This document shows positions 18,684 to 27,702 of a stretch of 64,000 bases of DNA, in pieces. Under the pieces are notes generated by a model. That model did not search any database, was not told the origin of the DNA, and worked only from the letters and a program-made list of their open reading frames with translations. This stretch comes from Candidatus Micrarchaeota archaeon (GTDB taxonomy: Archaea; Micrarchaeota; Micrarchaeia; Micrarchaeales; CABMGC01), in assembly GCA_021817505.1 (NCBI GenBank), contig JAKAUU010000016.1, positions 2,844-66,843 of the forward strand. Direction: 5' to 3'. The stretch's first letter is position 1, and every line of letters starts with the position of its first letter. Made by a program: the position numbers and the translations under genes.

Positions 18684-18870
18684 TAGTAAACATCAAAATT
18701 GTTACTGGCCTTAACAATCGTTAAACCCAAGAGGGCTTAAGCAATTCTAAGATTCTAAGGCTTCATATTTAAATCTTGCCTTGCCTTTTTAAAGCCTTTT
18801 GAATGTTCCTTCGGTTTCTAAGATAAATACTTAAATGAGACTGGCTTAATCTGAGAGTAAGAAAAATTTA

Positions 18871-19836
18871 GTGACCGTAGTGGACAGAATAAAGAAACTG
18901 GAAAAGATAGGCAATGAGCTTAAAGAGGCGATGAGGACCTCGCTTGAACGAGAGCCTCCAACGATAATATTCCATCCTTCAAGGAAGCCTGATTCTGATG
19001 AATTTAAGGCGCTGTTCTTAATATCTACAGGGAATTCTTTGGAGTACGACATAAGAGCAGCCAAGGAAGGATATCCTGTTAAGCACGAGACTGCCACCAG
19101 CAAAATGAACATATGGGACGTTCTGCTTGGGAACGGGATCGAATCCGTTGAGAGCATACTTGGCCGTAAGAGGACCGATACATTGATGAGAATAGCCGGC
19201 AAAAGGGATAAATCCGGGAGACCTTTCAGCATCAACACCTTCAAGGACAACATTTATGTGAAGGACTTGACTCTTGAAGAACTGCAGAGGCTAGGCAAGG
19301 CAGGAGGGGAAGAGATACTTGGGCTTGGGCAGTTCCTTGATCTTTATGGCAATGCTCTTGATAGAGGCGTAAGGCCTGGAAGGCTCTCCGTAGATGTAAA
19401 GGATGGGGATGAAAATACCCATGGCAATTCAAAGATGGCGAAAAAAGTTACGCAGAGCATAATTGATGAGATGAACAAAAGAGGTCTTGAGGATAACTTA
19501 TTCATGTTCATGCAGTACAGCATACCTGCATTCAAGGCTTCTAGGAGGATAGTCGGGAACTTGGCTCACTCAGTGTGCATCTTTCCAAGTTCGATAATAA
19601 GCTTCTATGGAGAGGATATCTTTAAGGCATATGCGGGAAAAGCCATCGCAGAAACAGGAGCAGAGTGGATAGGGTGCAAGACTGGAGAGCTTAAGGTTTT
19701 GGACAGCGTTATTTCCGGTTCTGAAGAGAGAAGCATTATGGTATATGCGCCTCCTAAGGAGAGTGCGGACATACCCGTGCTGATGAAGATGCTTAGGAGG
19801 TATCCTGGAATAAAAGCCTTACAGTTAGACGTTTGA
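18871..19836 (+). CDS. Hypothetical protein, possibly a divergent glycerophosphodiester phosphodiesterase (GDPD)-like TIM barrel
   Basis: Loose positional pattern match to GDPD: IIFHPSR (for HRG), SLEYDIR (for iElDv), YPVKHE (for vv.HD), DLTLEELQRL, LSVDVK (for l.iEiK). Several catalytic positions are substituted. GTG start. Confidence 0.35.
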   Translation: MTVVDRIKKLEKIGNELKEAMRTSLEREPPTIIFHPSRKPDSDEFKALFLISTGNSLEYDIRAAKEGYPVKHETATSKMNIWDVLLGNGIESVESILGRKRTDTLMRIAGKRDKSGRPFSINTFKDNIYVKDLTLEELQRLGKAGGEEILGLGQFLDLYGNALDRGVRPGRLSVDVKDGDENTHGNSKMAKKVTQSIIDEMNKRGLEDNLFMFMQYSIPAFKASRRIVGNLAHSVCIFPSSIISFYGEDIFKAYAGKAIAETGAEWIGCKTGELKVLDSVISGSEERSIMVYAPPKESADIPVLMKMLRRYPGIKALQLDV

Positions 19837-19910
19837 TTAAACTGTCAAAGCCTTATCCTAAAATGTCTGCAGTTAAGAACGCTTTATAAACATAAGTATC
19901 GTATTAGGTA

Positions 19911-20543
19911 ATGGGTATTATGGGGGAGCGCTTGGGCACTTCGAATAATGCATTATTTGAATATTCAGTATGGCTGATTCCTTCAAGGAATTCTGCTTAT
20001 GCAGAGCTTAGGAATGCGATAAATAAGATAAGTTATAAGTATTCGACTCCTTCGTTTGAGCCCCATGTAACATTAATAGGGAGGCTGTTGGTCCCTGAAG
20101 CTTTGGCTATAGAAAAAATATCGGCTATTTCAAATATGGTGGGCCAGATAAAGGTCGAATTTGATCAGATAGACAGGACTGACAAATATTTCAAATCATT
20201 ATTCGTAAGGGTAAAGAAGAGTGATGCGCTTTCAATCGCAGCAAATATTACAAGAGAGGCATTTCAGGAGAAGCATATGTCAGAGTATATGCCGCATTTG
20301 AGCCTTATGTATGCAAATATGCCTTCAGAGATGAAGGATAGGATAATTCATGACTGCAAATTGCAGGCATTGGTCGACAGTATAGATTATGTTGCAATGG
20401 ATAAGGTAAGTCTTTGGCATACTCCTGATGATGTGAGGAGATGGAAGATGATCAGGGAATTTGAACTGGAAAAGCCTGTTGAAGAGTTTAGCCATTATTA
20501 TAAGAATGAGTTGCATTCACATTATACTGCAAAAACAATATGA
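19911..20543 (+). CDS. 2H-phosphoesterase superfamily protein (cyclic phosphodiesterase/LigT-like)
   Basis: Two H-x-T/S-x motifs at the expected spacing: EPHVTLIG and MPHLSLMY. Confidence 0.7.
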   Translation: MGIMGERLGTSNNALFEYSVWLIPSRNSAYAELRNAINKISYKYSTPSFEPHVTLIGRLLVPEALAIEKISAISNMVGQIKVEFDQIDRTDKYFKSLFVRVKKSDALSIAANITREAFQEKHMSEYMPHLSLMYANMPSEMKDRIIHDCKLQALVDSIDYVAMDKVSLWHTPDDVRRWKMIREFELEKPVEEFSHYYKNELHSHYTAKTI

Positions 20544-20556
20544 CATCCTTCCACGT

Positions 20557-20766
20557 CTAAAGACGTGGGTTTCCAACAGGCCGTTTCCTGTATATAGTTC
20601 CTGGATTCATCATGTTTCTTGTGAAGGTCTTGCCGGTTTCTTTGTAATGGCATTTTGCCTTTTCAAGGATAAGGTCGTAGAGCTCCTTTGCAAGGAGCAT
20701 CTGCATGTTCAGGTCTCTCCTCTCCCTCCTTGTCGGATAGACCCTGAACCTGTAACATCGTAACAT
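20557..20766 (-). pseudogene. tnpB: TnpB (IS605 OrfB) remnant: N-terminal ~50 aa fused to the extreme C-terminal tail
   Basis: MLRCYRFRVYPTRRERRDLNMQMLLAKELYDLIL matches the TnpB N-terminal pattern (M..yKfRiYPt.eQ...L......r.vyN). At 69 aa versus the roughly 400 aa expected, most of the protein including the RuvC domain is absent. Confidence 0.7.
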
Positions 20767-20875
20767 AGAATCATCTCTATGTCACCCAGAAACAAGGATA
20801 TCCGGCAGTCAGGTATTATATTTGTTTCACTGCAAATTCATCCAATGCATAAATGCATTGGTTTTCTTTACATAA

Positions 20876-20885
20876 TTTTATAAAA
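20876..20885 (+). promoter_or_regulatory. TATA-box-like TTTTATAAAA about 22-30 nt upstream of the E1 alpha start codons
   Basis: The A/T box sits at the outer edge of the miniature element. Candidate starts are GTG 20907, GTG 20913 and TTG 20916, which implies a leaderless or very short-leader transcript. Confidence 0.4.
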
Positions 20886-20906
20886 CTCTTGCACTAATTC
20901 TTACTG

Positions 20907-21998
20907 GTGCTTGTGTTGAAAAGGGAGGCGTTCAGTGGCAGCGTCACATACTTCCAGATAATGGATGAGAACGGTAATGTAGACAAGGAGCTGATGCCGA
21001 ATTATGTTGATGATAATAAGATACTTGAGATGCTCAAGTACATGGTCCTTGCGCGCGAGATAGATGCTAAGGCCCTGTCGCTTCAGAGACAGGGGCGTGC
21101 AGTAACATACGCTCCGCTTCTTGGGGAAGAGGCGACACAGGTCGGTGCCGCAATGGCGCTGAGGAACAACGATTACTTTGTGCCAAACTTCAGGCAGCAT
21201 GCAGTCTATCTTGTCCGCGGGCTGCCCATGGAGCTTTACTTCCTTTACTGGCGCGGCTATGAAGAGGCGCAGAAGATACCTGAAAATGTAAAGGGATTGC
21301 CGGTGATTGTTCCTGTTTCTACGCAGATGCCGCATGCGGCAGGCATCGCTTTTGCGCAGAAATACCAAAAGACAGGCTCAGCAGTGGTCGCTTTCGTCGG
21401 AGACGGAGGTACCTCGGAGGGCGATTTCTACGAAGCGATAAACTTCGCAGGCGCATGGAATGCCCCTCTTATAACAATAATAGAGAATAACTCATGGGCG
21501 ATATCCGAACCTACAAGGATGCAGACCGCAGCGCAGACTCTTGCGCAGAAGGGAATAGCGGCAGGGATAAAGAGGATAATACAGGTTGACGGCAACGACG
21601 TTATTGCGGTTTACAAGGCAGTAAGGGAAGCGATAGAGGCATCTGATGGAGGTCCGGCAGTGATAGAGGCGCTCACTTATAGGATGGGTCTCCATACCAC
21701 TGCTGATGACCCCACTAAATACAGGCCTGATTCTGAACTTGAGAAGTGGAAGCCCAAGGACCCTATACTAAGGGTAAAAAAATATCTCTCGCAGAAGGGC
21801 TTGTGGAATGATGATATTGAGAAGGCATTCCTTGATGAGAACATGAAGAAGATAGATGAGGCGATAGACAAGGCAGAGAGGTTTGTCCCTGATCCTAAGA
21901 GCATGTTCGAGAATGTATACAGCTTCGTTCCTGATGTTCTGAAGAAGGAGATGGACGAAGCAGTCGGAGAGAATTTCTGGCAGGGTGATTCAGAATGA
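20907..21998 (+). CDS. 2-oxoacid dehydrogenase E1 component, alpha subunit (TPP-dependent)
   Basis: TPP-binding region GDGGTSEGDFYEAINFAGAWNAPLITIIENN. Its stop overlaps the E1 beta start (ATGA at 21995). Confidence 0.9.
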   Translation: MLVLKREAFSGSVTYFQIMDENGNVDKELMPNYVDDNKILEMLKYMVLAREIDAKALSLQRQGRAVTYAPLLGEEATQVGAAMALRNNDYFVPNFRQHAVYLVRGLPMELYFLYWRGYEEAQKIPENVKGLPVIVPVSTQMPHAAGIAFAQKYQKTGSAVVAFVGDGGTSEGDFYEAINFAGAWNAPLITIIENNSWAISEPTRMQTAAQTLAQKGIAAGIKRIIQVDGNDVIAVYKAVREAIEASDGGPAVIEALTYRMGLHTTADDPTKYRPDSELEKWKPKDPILRVKKYLSQKGLWNDDIEKAFLDENMKKIDEAIDKAERFVPDPKSMFENVYSFVPDVLKKEMDEAVGENFWQGDSE

Positions 21999-22960
21999 TG
22001 TCGAATATGGTTACCGCTTTGAACAGTGCGCTTAGCAGCATACTTGAGAATGACAGGAATGCAGTCGTACTTGGGGAGGATGTTGGAAAGGATGGCGGGG
22101 TCTTCAGGGTCACAGACGGCCTTTCCGAGAAATTCGGGGAGAACCGCGTAATAGATACGCCGCTCGCCGAATCGGGCATAATAGGCACGTCGATAGGCAT
22201 GGCGATATCGGGCATGCGCCCCATTCCAGAGATACAGTTTGCAGGCTTCATGTTCCTTGGTTTCAGCCAGCTGGTAAACCATGCTGCAAGATACAGGAGC
22301 AGGAGCAGAGGCTCCTTCAAGGTGCCGATGATAGTGAGGACGCCGGTAAGCGGAGGGGTGCGCACGCTTGAACACCATTCCGAAAGTCCTGAGACCTACT
22401 ACTCGCACATGGGCGGCCTCATAGTGGTTGAGCCGTCCGGACCTTATGATGCAAAAGGGCTTATGATAAAGGCGTCAAAGCTTGATGACCCTGTCGTCTT
22501 CCTTGAACCTACAAAACTCTACAGGTTATTCAAGGAGGAGGTCCCTGAGGAGCCGTATGAGGTTGAGATAGGAAAGGCAAAGACCATTAGAGAGGGGAGT
22601 GAGCTGAGCATAATAACCTATGGGACCATGGTGCCTGTTGTGAAGAGTGTTGTTGAGAAGAGGAAGATTGATGCCGACATAATAGACCTGAGGACGATAA
22701 ACCCTATCGATGAAAACAGTATACTGGAAAGTGTTAAGAAGACCGGAAGGGCGCTTATAGTACATGAGGCATCCCTGAGCTTCGGGGTAGGCGCGGAGGT
22801 ATCGGCGAGAATAGCCGAGAAGGCAATCTTCGACCTTAAGGCGCCTATAATAAGAGTGGCATCGCACTCCCTTCCGTACCCATTCCCAGGTTATGAGAAA
22901 TATTTCATACCTAATGAGCTTAAGGTTTCAAAGGCTATTGACAGGATAATGTCGGTGTAA
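21995..22960 (+). CDS. 2-oxoacid dehydrogenase E1 component, beta subunit
   Basis: VIDTPLAESGIIGTSIGMA and transketolase-like pyrimidine-binding and C-terminal domains; 321 aa. Confidence 0.9.
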   Translation: MMSNMVTALNSALSSILENDRNAVVLGEDVGKDGGVFRVTDGLSEKFGENRVIDTPLAESGIIGTSIGMAISGMRPIPEIQFAGFMFLGFSQLVNHAARYRSRSRGSFKVPMIVRTPVSGGVRTLEHHSESPETYYSHMGGLIVVEPSGPYDAKGLMIKASKLDDPVVFLEPTKLYRLFKEEVPEEPYEVEIGKAKTIREGSELSIITYGTMVPVVKSVVEKRKIDADIIDLRTINPIDENSILESVKKTGRALIVHEASLSFGVGAEVSARIAEKAIFDLKAPIIRVASHSLPYPFPGYEKYFIPNELKVSKAIDRIMSV

Positions 22961-22962
22961 TC

Positions 22963-24180
22963 TTGAAGGAGATAAAATTCGTTGATGTTGGAGAGGGGAT
23001 AACGGAAGGCCATCTGCAGAAGTGGCTGGTCAAGGATGGCGATACCGTAAAGGAGGACCAGGCGGTCGCCCAGATAGAGACGGACAAGGCGATAGTGAAC
23101 ATACCTTCACCGATATCCGGCAGGATAAAGATCAATGCAAAGGAGGATACTGATGTTAAGGTAGGAGACGTGCTTGCAACTGTAGGGGAAGGAGCTGCTG
23201 AAGAGGAGCACAAGAGTGCCCCTGCTGCTACAAAGGGCGCGCAGCAGGAAGCTAAAAAACAGGACACAGCACCTTCTCAGGCAAAAGCTGTTAATGAGGT
23301 ACTCGCTACGCCTTATGTAAGGAAGCTTGCCCGCGACCTTGGAGTGGATCTTGCTTCGGTGCATGGTACAGGGCCGCAAGGCAGGGTCCTTGAGAATGAT
23401 CTCAAGAGTGCTGCGAATCATGCAACCGCTCCTAAGAAGCTTATTCCTAAATTCTCCGAGGTCCTTGAGGAACAGCACTCTGATGAGATAGAGAGGGTGC
23501 CGATGTCGCAGCTCAGGAAGACGATTGCAAAGAACATGGAGCTCTCATGGACAATACCCCGTGCGACGCATATGGATCTGGCAGATGCCAAGCATCTTTC
23601 AGATATTGTGAAAAGGGAGAAGGCGAATGCGGAGAAGTCAGGCTTCAAGCTGACCTTCCTGCCGTTCATAATAAAGGCTGCTGTCGAGGCTCTTAAGGAG
23701 AATCCAGGATTCAATTCAAGCTACGACCATGATAGACAGGAGATAATACTGAAGAAGTATTATAATATAGGGCTTGCTGCAGAATCCCCTGATGGCCTGA
23801 AGGTAGTGGTCATAAGGAATGCCGACAAGAAGAGCATATCTGAGATTGCAAAGGAGATAATGGAGCTGCACAAGAAGGTAGTCGAGAACACGATATCGAT
23901 AGATGAGATGCGCGACGGCACATTCACCATAACCAACATAGGCAGCCTTGGCGGGGGATACCTCTCAGTGCCTATGATAAATTATCCTGAGGTCGGCATA
24001 CTCGGGGTGCATATGATAAAGGAGGTTCCGGTAGTGGAAGACGGGAAGATAGTCATAGGGAGGCAGCTGCCTTTCTCGCTCGTCTTCGACCATAGGGTTG
24101 TCGATGGCGCGGAAGCGGTGAAATTCGGAAATTCTTTCAAGAGATATATTGAGGACCCGGAGTTCCTCGAGATGCTATGA
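22963..24180 (+). CDS. Dihydrolipoamide acyltransferase (E2) with one lipoyl domain
   Basis: Lipoyl attachment site AQIETDKAIVNIPSP, an E3-binding segment (ATPYVRKLARDLGVDL), and the catalytic motif FDHRVVDG. TTG start. Confidence 0.9.
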   Translation: MKEIKFVDVGEGITEGHLQKWLVKDGDTVKEDQAVAQIETDKAIVNIPSPISGRIKINAKEDTDVKVGDVLATVGEGAAEEEHKSAPAATKGAQQEAKKQDTAPSQAKAVNEVLATPYVRKLARDLGVDLASVHGTGPQGRVLENDLKSAANHATAPKKLIPKFSEVLEEQHSDEIERVPMSQLRKTIAKNMELSWTIPRATHMDLADAKHLSDIVKREKANAEKSGFKLTFLPFIIKAAVEALKENPGFNSSYDHDRQEIILKKYYNIGLAAESPDGLKVVVIRNADKKSISEIAKEIMELHKKVVENTISIDEMRDGTFTITNIGSLGGGYLSVPMINYPEVGILGVHMIKEVPVVEDGKIVIGRQLPFSLVFDHRVVDGAEAVKFGNSFKRYIEDPEFLEML

Positions 24181-24181
24181 T

Positions 24182-25546
24182 ATGGTGATGGGCTCCATAC
24201 CTGAAGAGGTAGATATAGCAGTCATAGGGGGAGGAGTTGGCGGCTATGTCGCCGCGATACGCGCTGCAGAGCTCGGCAAGAGCGTAACGATAGTGGAGAA
24301 GGATAAGCTTGGGGGACACTGCCTCAATTATGCATGCATACCCTCAAAGACGATAATACACATAGCTGACCTATTTTACTCTGCAACTCACTCCCAGAAC
24401 CTTGGAATATCAGGTTCCTTGAGCATAGATGCGAAGAGGATGCATGAGTGGAGGATAAGCGTCTCGCAGACTCTTGAGAAAGGGGTCGAGGGGCTCTGCA
24501 GGGCAAACGGGATAGAGATAGTTAAGGGAGAGGCCACCTTCCTCAATTCGAATACGCTTCAGCTTACGAACGGCACCTCGCTCGACTTCAAGAAGGCGAT
24601 AATTGCGACCGGATCCGTTCCGTCTTCTCTCAAAGGCTTTGAATTCAACGGCAGGAATATAATAGACTATAAGCAGGCGCTCTCGCTTGATTACATACCG
24701 AAGAGCATTGCCATAATAGGCGCAGGCTATGTCTCTGTTGAGATCGCAGGGATGTTTGCAAAGCTCGGTTCCTCGGTCCATGTCATAGCAAGGTCCGATG
24801 TGCTCTCAAGGTTCGATCCCGAAGCCGTAGCTTTGGTAAAGAAGAGGCTGGCGAACCTCGGTGCAGTTGTGCATCTTAATGCTGCGCCGTCATCTTATGA
24901 TGGAAAGGTTCTCAGGCTTTCCAGCGGGGAGGAGATACCTGCAGAGGTTGTCGTGGTTGCAATAGGGCTTGTGCCTTATACGGACGGCCTTGAGCTGCAT
25001 AACACAAAGGTCGCTGTTGACGGGAGAGGATTTGTCTCTGTCGATTCATCGCTGCAGACAACTGACCAGAACATACTTGCTATAGGCGATGTAGTCGGGG
25101 AACCGATGCTTGCGCACAAGGCGATAAGACAGGGAGTCATCGCTGCCGAGAAGGCTTCAGGATTGAATTCAGGATTCGACAACATAGTCATACCTGCCGT
25201 AATATTCTCGGACCCGGAGATTGCGATAGCAGGCAGCCTTGATGCAAAGAACGTGAAGAAGTTTCCGATGAGCGCAGTCGGAAGGGGCATTGCGCTTGAC
25301 AGAAAAGAGGGCTTTGTCAAGATGGCTTACGATGATGATAACATAGTCAGGGGTATTGAGATAGTCGGACAGGATGCGAATGCGATGATTGCAGAGGCGG
25401 CGCTTGCGATAGAGATGGGCGCGACTCTCGAAGACATAGCGGATACGATACATCCGCATCCCACATTCTCAGAAGCGGTGCAGGAAGCTGCTGAAGCGGC
25501 GCTCGGAAGGCCTCTTCACTTTTATTACGGAAAGGGGAGCAGATGA
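24182..25546 (+). CDS. lpdA: Dihydrolipoamide dehydrogenase (E3)
   Basis: FAD fold VIGGGVGGY, redox-active disulfide CLNYACIPSK, and C-terminal HPHPTFSE. The start is placed at ATG 24182, 2 nt after the E2 stop; the tracked ORF begins at 24149 inside E2. Confidence 0.9.
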   Translation: MVMGSIPEEVDIAVIGGGVGGYVAAIRAAELGKSVTIVEKDKLGGHCLNYACIPSKTIIHIADLFYSATHSQNLGISGSLSIDAKRMHEWRISVSQTLEKGVEGLCRANGIEIVKGEATFLNSNTLQLTNGTSLDFKKAIIATGSVPSSLKGFEFNGRNIIDYKQALSLDYIPKSIAIIGAGYVSVEIAGMFAKLGSSVHVIARSDVLSRFDPEAVALVKKRLANLGAVVHLNAAPSSYDGKVLRLSSGEEIPAEVVVVAIGLVPYTDGLELHNTKVAVDGRGFVSVDSSLQTTDQNILAIGDVVGEPMLAHKAIRQGVIAAEKASGLNSGFDNIVIPAVIFSDPEIAIAGSLDAKNVKKFPMSAVGRGIALDRKEGFVKMAYDDDNIVRGIEIVGQDANAMIAEAALAIEMGATLEDIADTIHPHPTFSEAVQEAAEAALGRPLHFYYGKGSR

Positions 25547-26322
25547 AGATAACGATAATATGCAAGAAGTACTACAAAGAGATTCAGGAGCTTGAGAAGG
25601 CTTTCGAAGTCTCAAGGAACGGGGACATTTGCATAGCTGTAGGCGGAGACGGAACATTCGTAAAAGCTGCGAGGGAGTTCAACGGGCCGATACTTGCAAT
25701 ACGCGGCAACGAGAGCGATAGTTCGGGCTATTATGCGGATATCAGCATAAGGGAGATGGCGCTCGTTATCAGGAAGCTGAAGAAGAAGGAGTACCTGGTG
25801 GAGAATCTCGGGAATAAGATAGAGCTGTCGTTCAAGGGCAAGAAGCATTATGCAGTCAATGAGATCCTCCTGCACAACTGGCGCGAAGAGGTATACTTCA
25901 GCGTATACTACAGGGATGACCATGCGGAGAAGGCGATATATCCGTACATAATGGCAGGCGACGGCATGCTGGTCACGAGCGAGGTGGGTTCCACCGCATA
26001 CAACAGGTCGGCAGGCGGCCCGGTCATACTCTCGCCAAAACTTCTCTGCGCTACCTTCCTGAATGTAGACGGGCCTTACTCAAATTCGATAATATTGGGG
26101 CCTGACAAGAAGATAGGGGTTAGGATAGAGAAGTACACCGGCGTATTGAGATATGACGGGATAGATGCCGGCAGCATAAAGAAAGGGGAGAGCTTCGAGG
26201 TCTCGTTGTCCAAAAAAGAGCTTAAGATCGTAAGGCTGAACGGAGTCCGCGAGGATATAGCCGTTAAGCTTGCCAGGATAATAAAGGGCAGGATGAGGAG
26301 ACCTGACGGGATAGAGTACTGA
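25543..26322 (+). CDS. nadK: NAD kinase
   Basis: GGDGT motif (IAVGGDGTFV), the NE..L region, and a C-terminal beta-sandwich. Its start overlaps the E3 stop (ATGA). Confidence 0.85.
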   Translation: MKITIICKKYYKEIQELEKAFEVSRNGDICIAVGGDGTFVKAAREFNGPILAIRGNESDSSGYYADISIREMALVIRKLKKKEYLVENLGNKIELSFKGKKHYAVNEILLHNWREEVYFSVYYRDDHAEKAIYPYIMAGDGMLVTSEVGSTAYNRSAGGPVILSPKLLCATFLNVDGPYSNSIILGPDKKIGVRIEKYTGVLRYDGIDAGSIKKGESFEVSLSKKELKIVRLNGVREDIAVKLARIIKGRMRRPDGIEY

Positions 26323-27213
26323 TCAGCGCTTTTTCTGGAAGAATGCATGCCCCAATGCCCTGAATATCAGCTTTGCCGCAAGGAAGTTGGGGGCTATTAA
26401 TCCCGGGATGGGCGCAAGTTCGCAGAAGTCAGCCCCTACGAGTCTTTTCTCCATGAGCAGATTCTTCAGGATAGCGTCCAGCTCTGCAAATCTGATGCCG
26501 TTGGGTTCCGGAGTACCTACGCTTGGCATCTCCCCGTTGTCAAGCACATCCATGTCTATCGTTATGTAGATGTTTTTCTTAGTGCGCTTGCTTATCATGC
26601 TTGCAATCTCCTTTGCTGAAAGATCCCGCATGTCCTTCATGTATAATATGTCATCCGAATATTTCTTTGCGCTCTCGGCATCTATGCTCCTTACTCCTAC
26701 GCTGTAGCAGCTTTTGCATGCCTCCTTCGCGCGTGCCATTATGCATGCGTGCGAGTACCTGCTGCCCATGTACTCATCCCTGTAGTCGGAATGTGCGTCG
26801 AAGTGTATAACACTGAAATCATTCGAATGCTTTGCAATGGCGCGTATGTTGGCTATGGCAAGGGAGTGCTCCCCGCCTATTATTACCGGTATCTTTCCTG
26901 CTTCGATGACAAGAGAGCATTCCTTTTCCAGCCAGTTTATCGTCTCTTCCGGAGAGTTAACGCTTGGCTGCATCTCGTCGGTGGTGTATATCCCTATATC
27001 GGTTATCTCTCGCTTGTACTCTTCGTCGTAGAGTTCGATGTTCCTGCTGGCTTCTATTATCGCATGCGGGCCGTCCCTGGAGCCTGATTTGTACGAAGTA
27101 GTGGAATCATAAGGGACAGGTATCGCGACCACCTTTGCGCTGTCAAAATCCTGGTCTTCTATCCCGAATAAGTTGTATGGGGGCAGTTGATGAAGCAGTT
27201 TCATTATTATCAC
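26323..27213 (-). CDS. speB: Agmatinase (arginase/ureohydrolase family)
   Basis: Mn-binding motifs GGEHS, HFDAHSD and DMDVLD. Confidence 0.85.
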   Translation of the reverse strand: MIIMKLLHQLPPYNLFGIEDQDFDSAKVVAIPVPYDSTTSYKSGSRDGPHAIIEASRNIELYDEEYKREITDIGIYTTDEMQPSVNSPEETINWLEKECSLVIEAGKIPVIIGGEHSLAIANIRAIAKHSNDFSVIHFDAHSDYRDEYMGSRYSHACIMARAKEACKSCYSVGVRSIDAESAKKYSDDILYMKDMRDLSAKEIASMISKRTKKNIYITIDMDVLDNGEMPSVGTPEPNGIRFAELDAILKNLLMEKRLVGADFCELAPIPGLIAPNFLAAKLIFRALGHAFFQKKR

Positions 27214-27232
27214 GCCATTAATCGCAAATTAA

Positions 27233-27637
27233 TCATAATTCCTTTGTATCCCTGTCCACTTGCTTGTTTTCATACTTGAACAGGGCTTCTTTAACTGCTT
27301 TGAGCGAGAGTGTTGCACAGTGCATGCGCACAGGTCCGGGATCAAGGCTTATCGCATCTATTACGCCCTGCTTGGACATCTTCTCTATCTCTTCCACCTG
27401 CTTTCCTTTCAGCTTCTCCACGAAGATATTTGCGGAGCCCATGGATATCACGCACCCGTCCCCTTCATATGAAACATCCTTGACAATACCGTTTTCTATC
27501 TTTAGAAAGACAGTTATTCTGTCGCCACAGGAAGTGTTCTCCTCATGCATCTCTGCATCAGGCTTTTCCATCTTATGCTTATTCTTCTGGGTCTCGTAAC
27601 TTGAAAGTAGCTCTTCGGCATACATGTCTAAATCCAT
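27233..27637 (-). CDS. IscU/SufU-like Fe-S cluster scaffold (NifU N-terminal domain)
   Basis: Three cluster-ligand cysteines in the family context: SCGD, GDGCVIS and RMHCATL. Confidence 0.8.
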   Translation of the reverse strand: MDLDMYAEELLSSYETQKNKHKMEKPDAEMHEENTSCGDRITVFLKIENGIVKDVSYEGDGCVISMGSANIFVEKLKGKQVEEIEKMSKQGVIDAISLDPGPVRMHCATLSLKAVKEALFKYENKQVDRDTKEL

Positions 27638-27702
27638 AGGTTAACACTTATAGGACACGTCCGTATATAAAGTATAAACTTTAACAATAATAAACGTTTG
27701 GA

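Larger units (their letters stand above)
20541..20885 (-). mobile_element. Miniature IS200/IS605-derived element, copy A (MITE-like deletion derivative)
   Basis: About 345 bp that aligns to 37218-37560 in inverted orientation, with about 20 mismatches by manual alignment. It carries a perfect hairpin near each end (ccaatgcatAAatgcattgg at 20842-20861; ccacgtctAAagacgtgg at 20551-20568) and a 69-codon TnpB remnant. Confidence 0.7.

Noticed and set aside
21677-22408. 243-aa and 156-aa minus-strand ORFs
   Set aside because: They are antisense to the E1 alpha and E1 beta genes and have no motif support.
24149-24181. N-terminal extension of the E3 ORF (MRTRSSSRCYD...) as tracked
   Set aside because: The extension lies inside the E2 coding region. 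ATG 24182, just after the E2 stop and directly before the FAD-binding fold, is the more plausible start.
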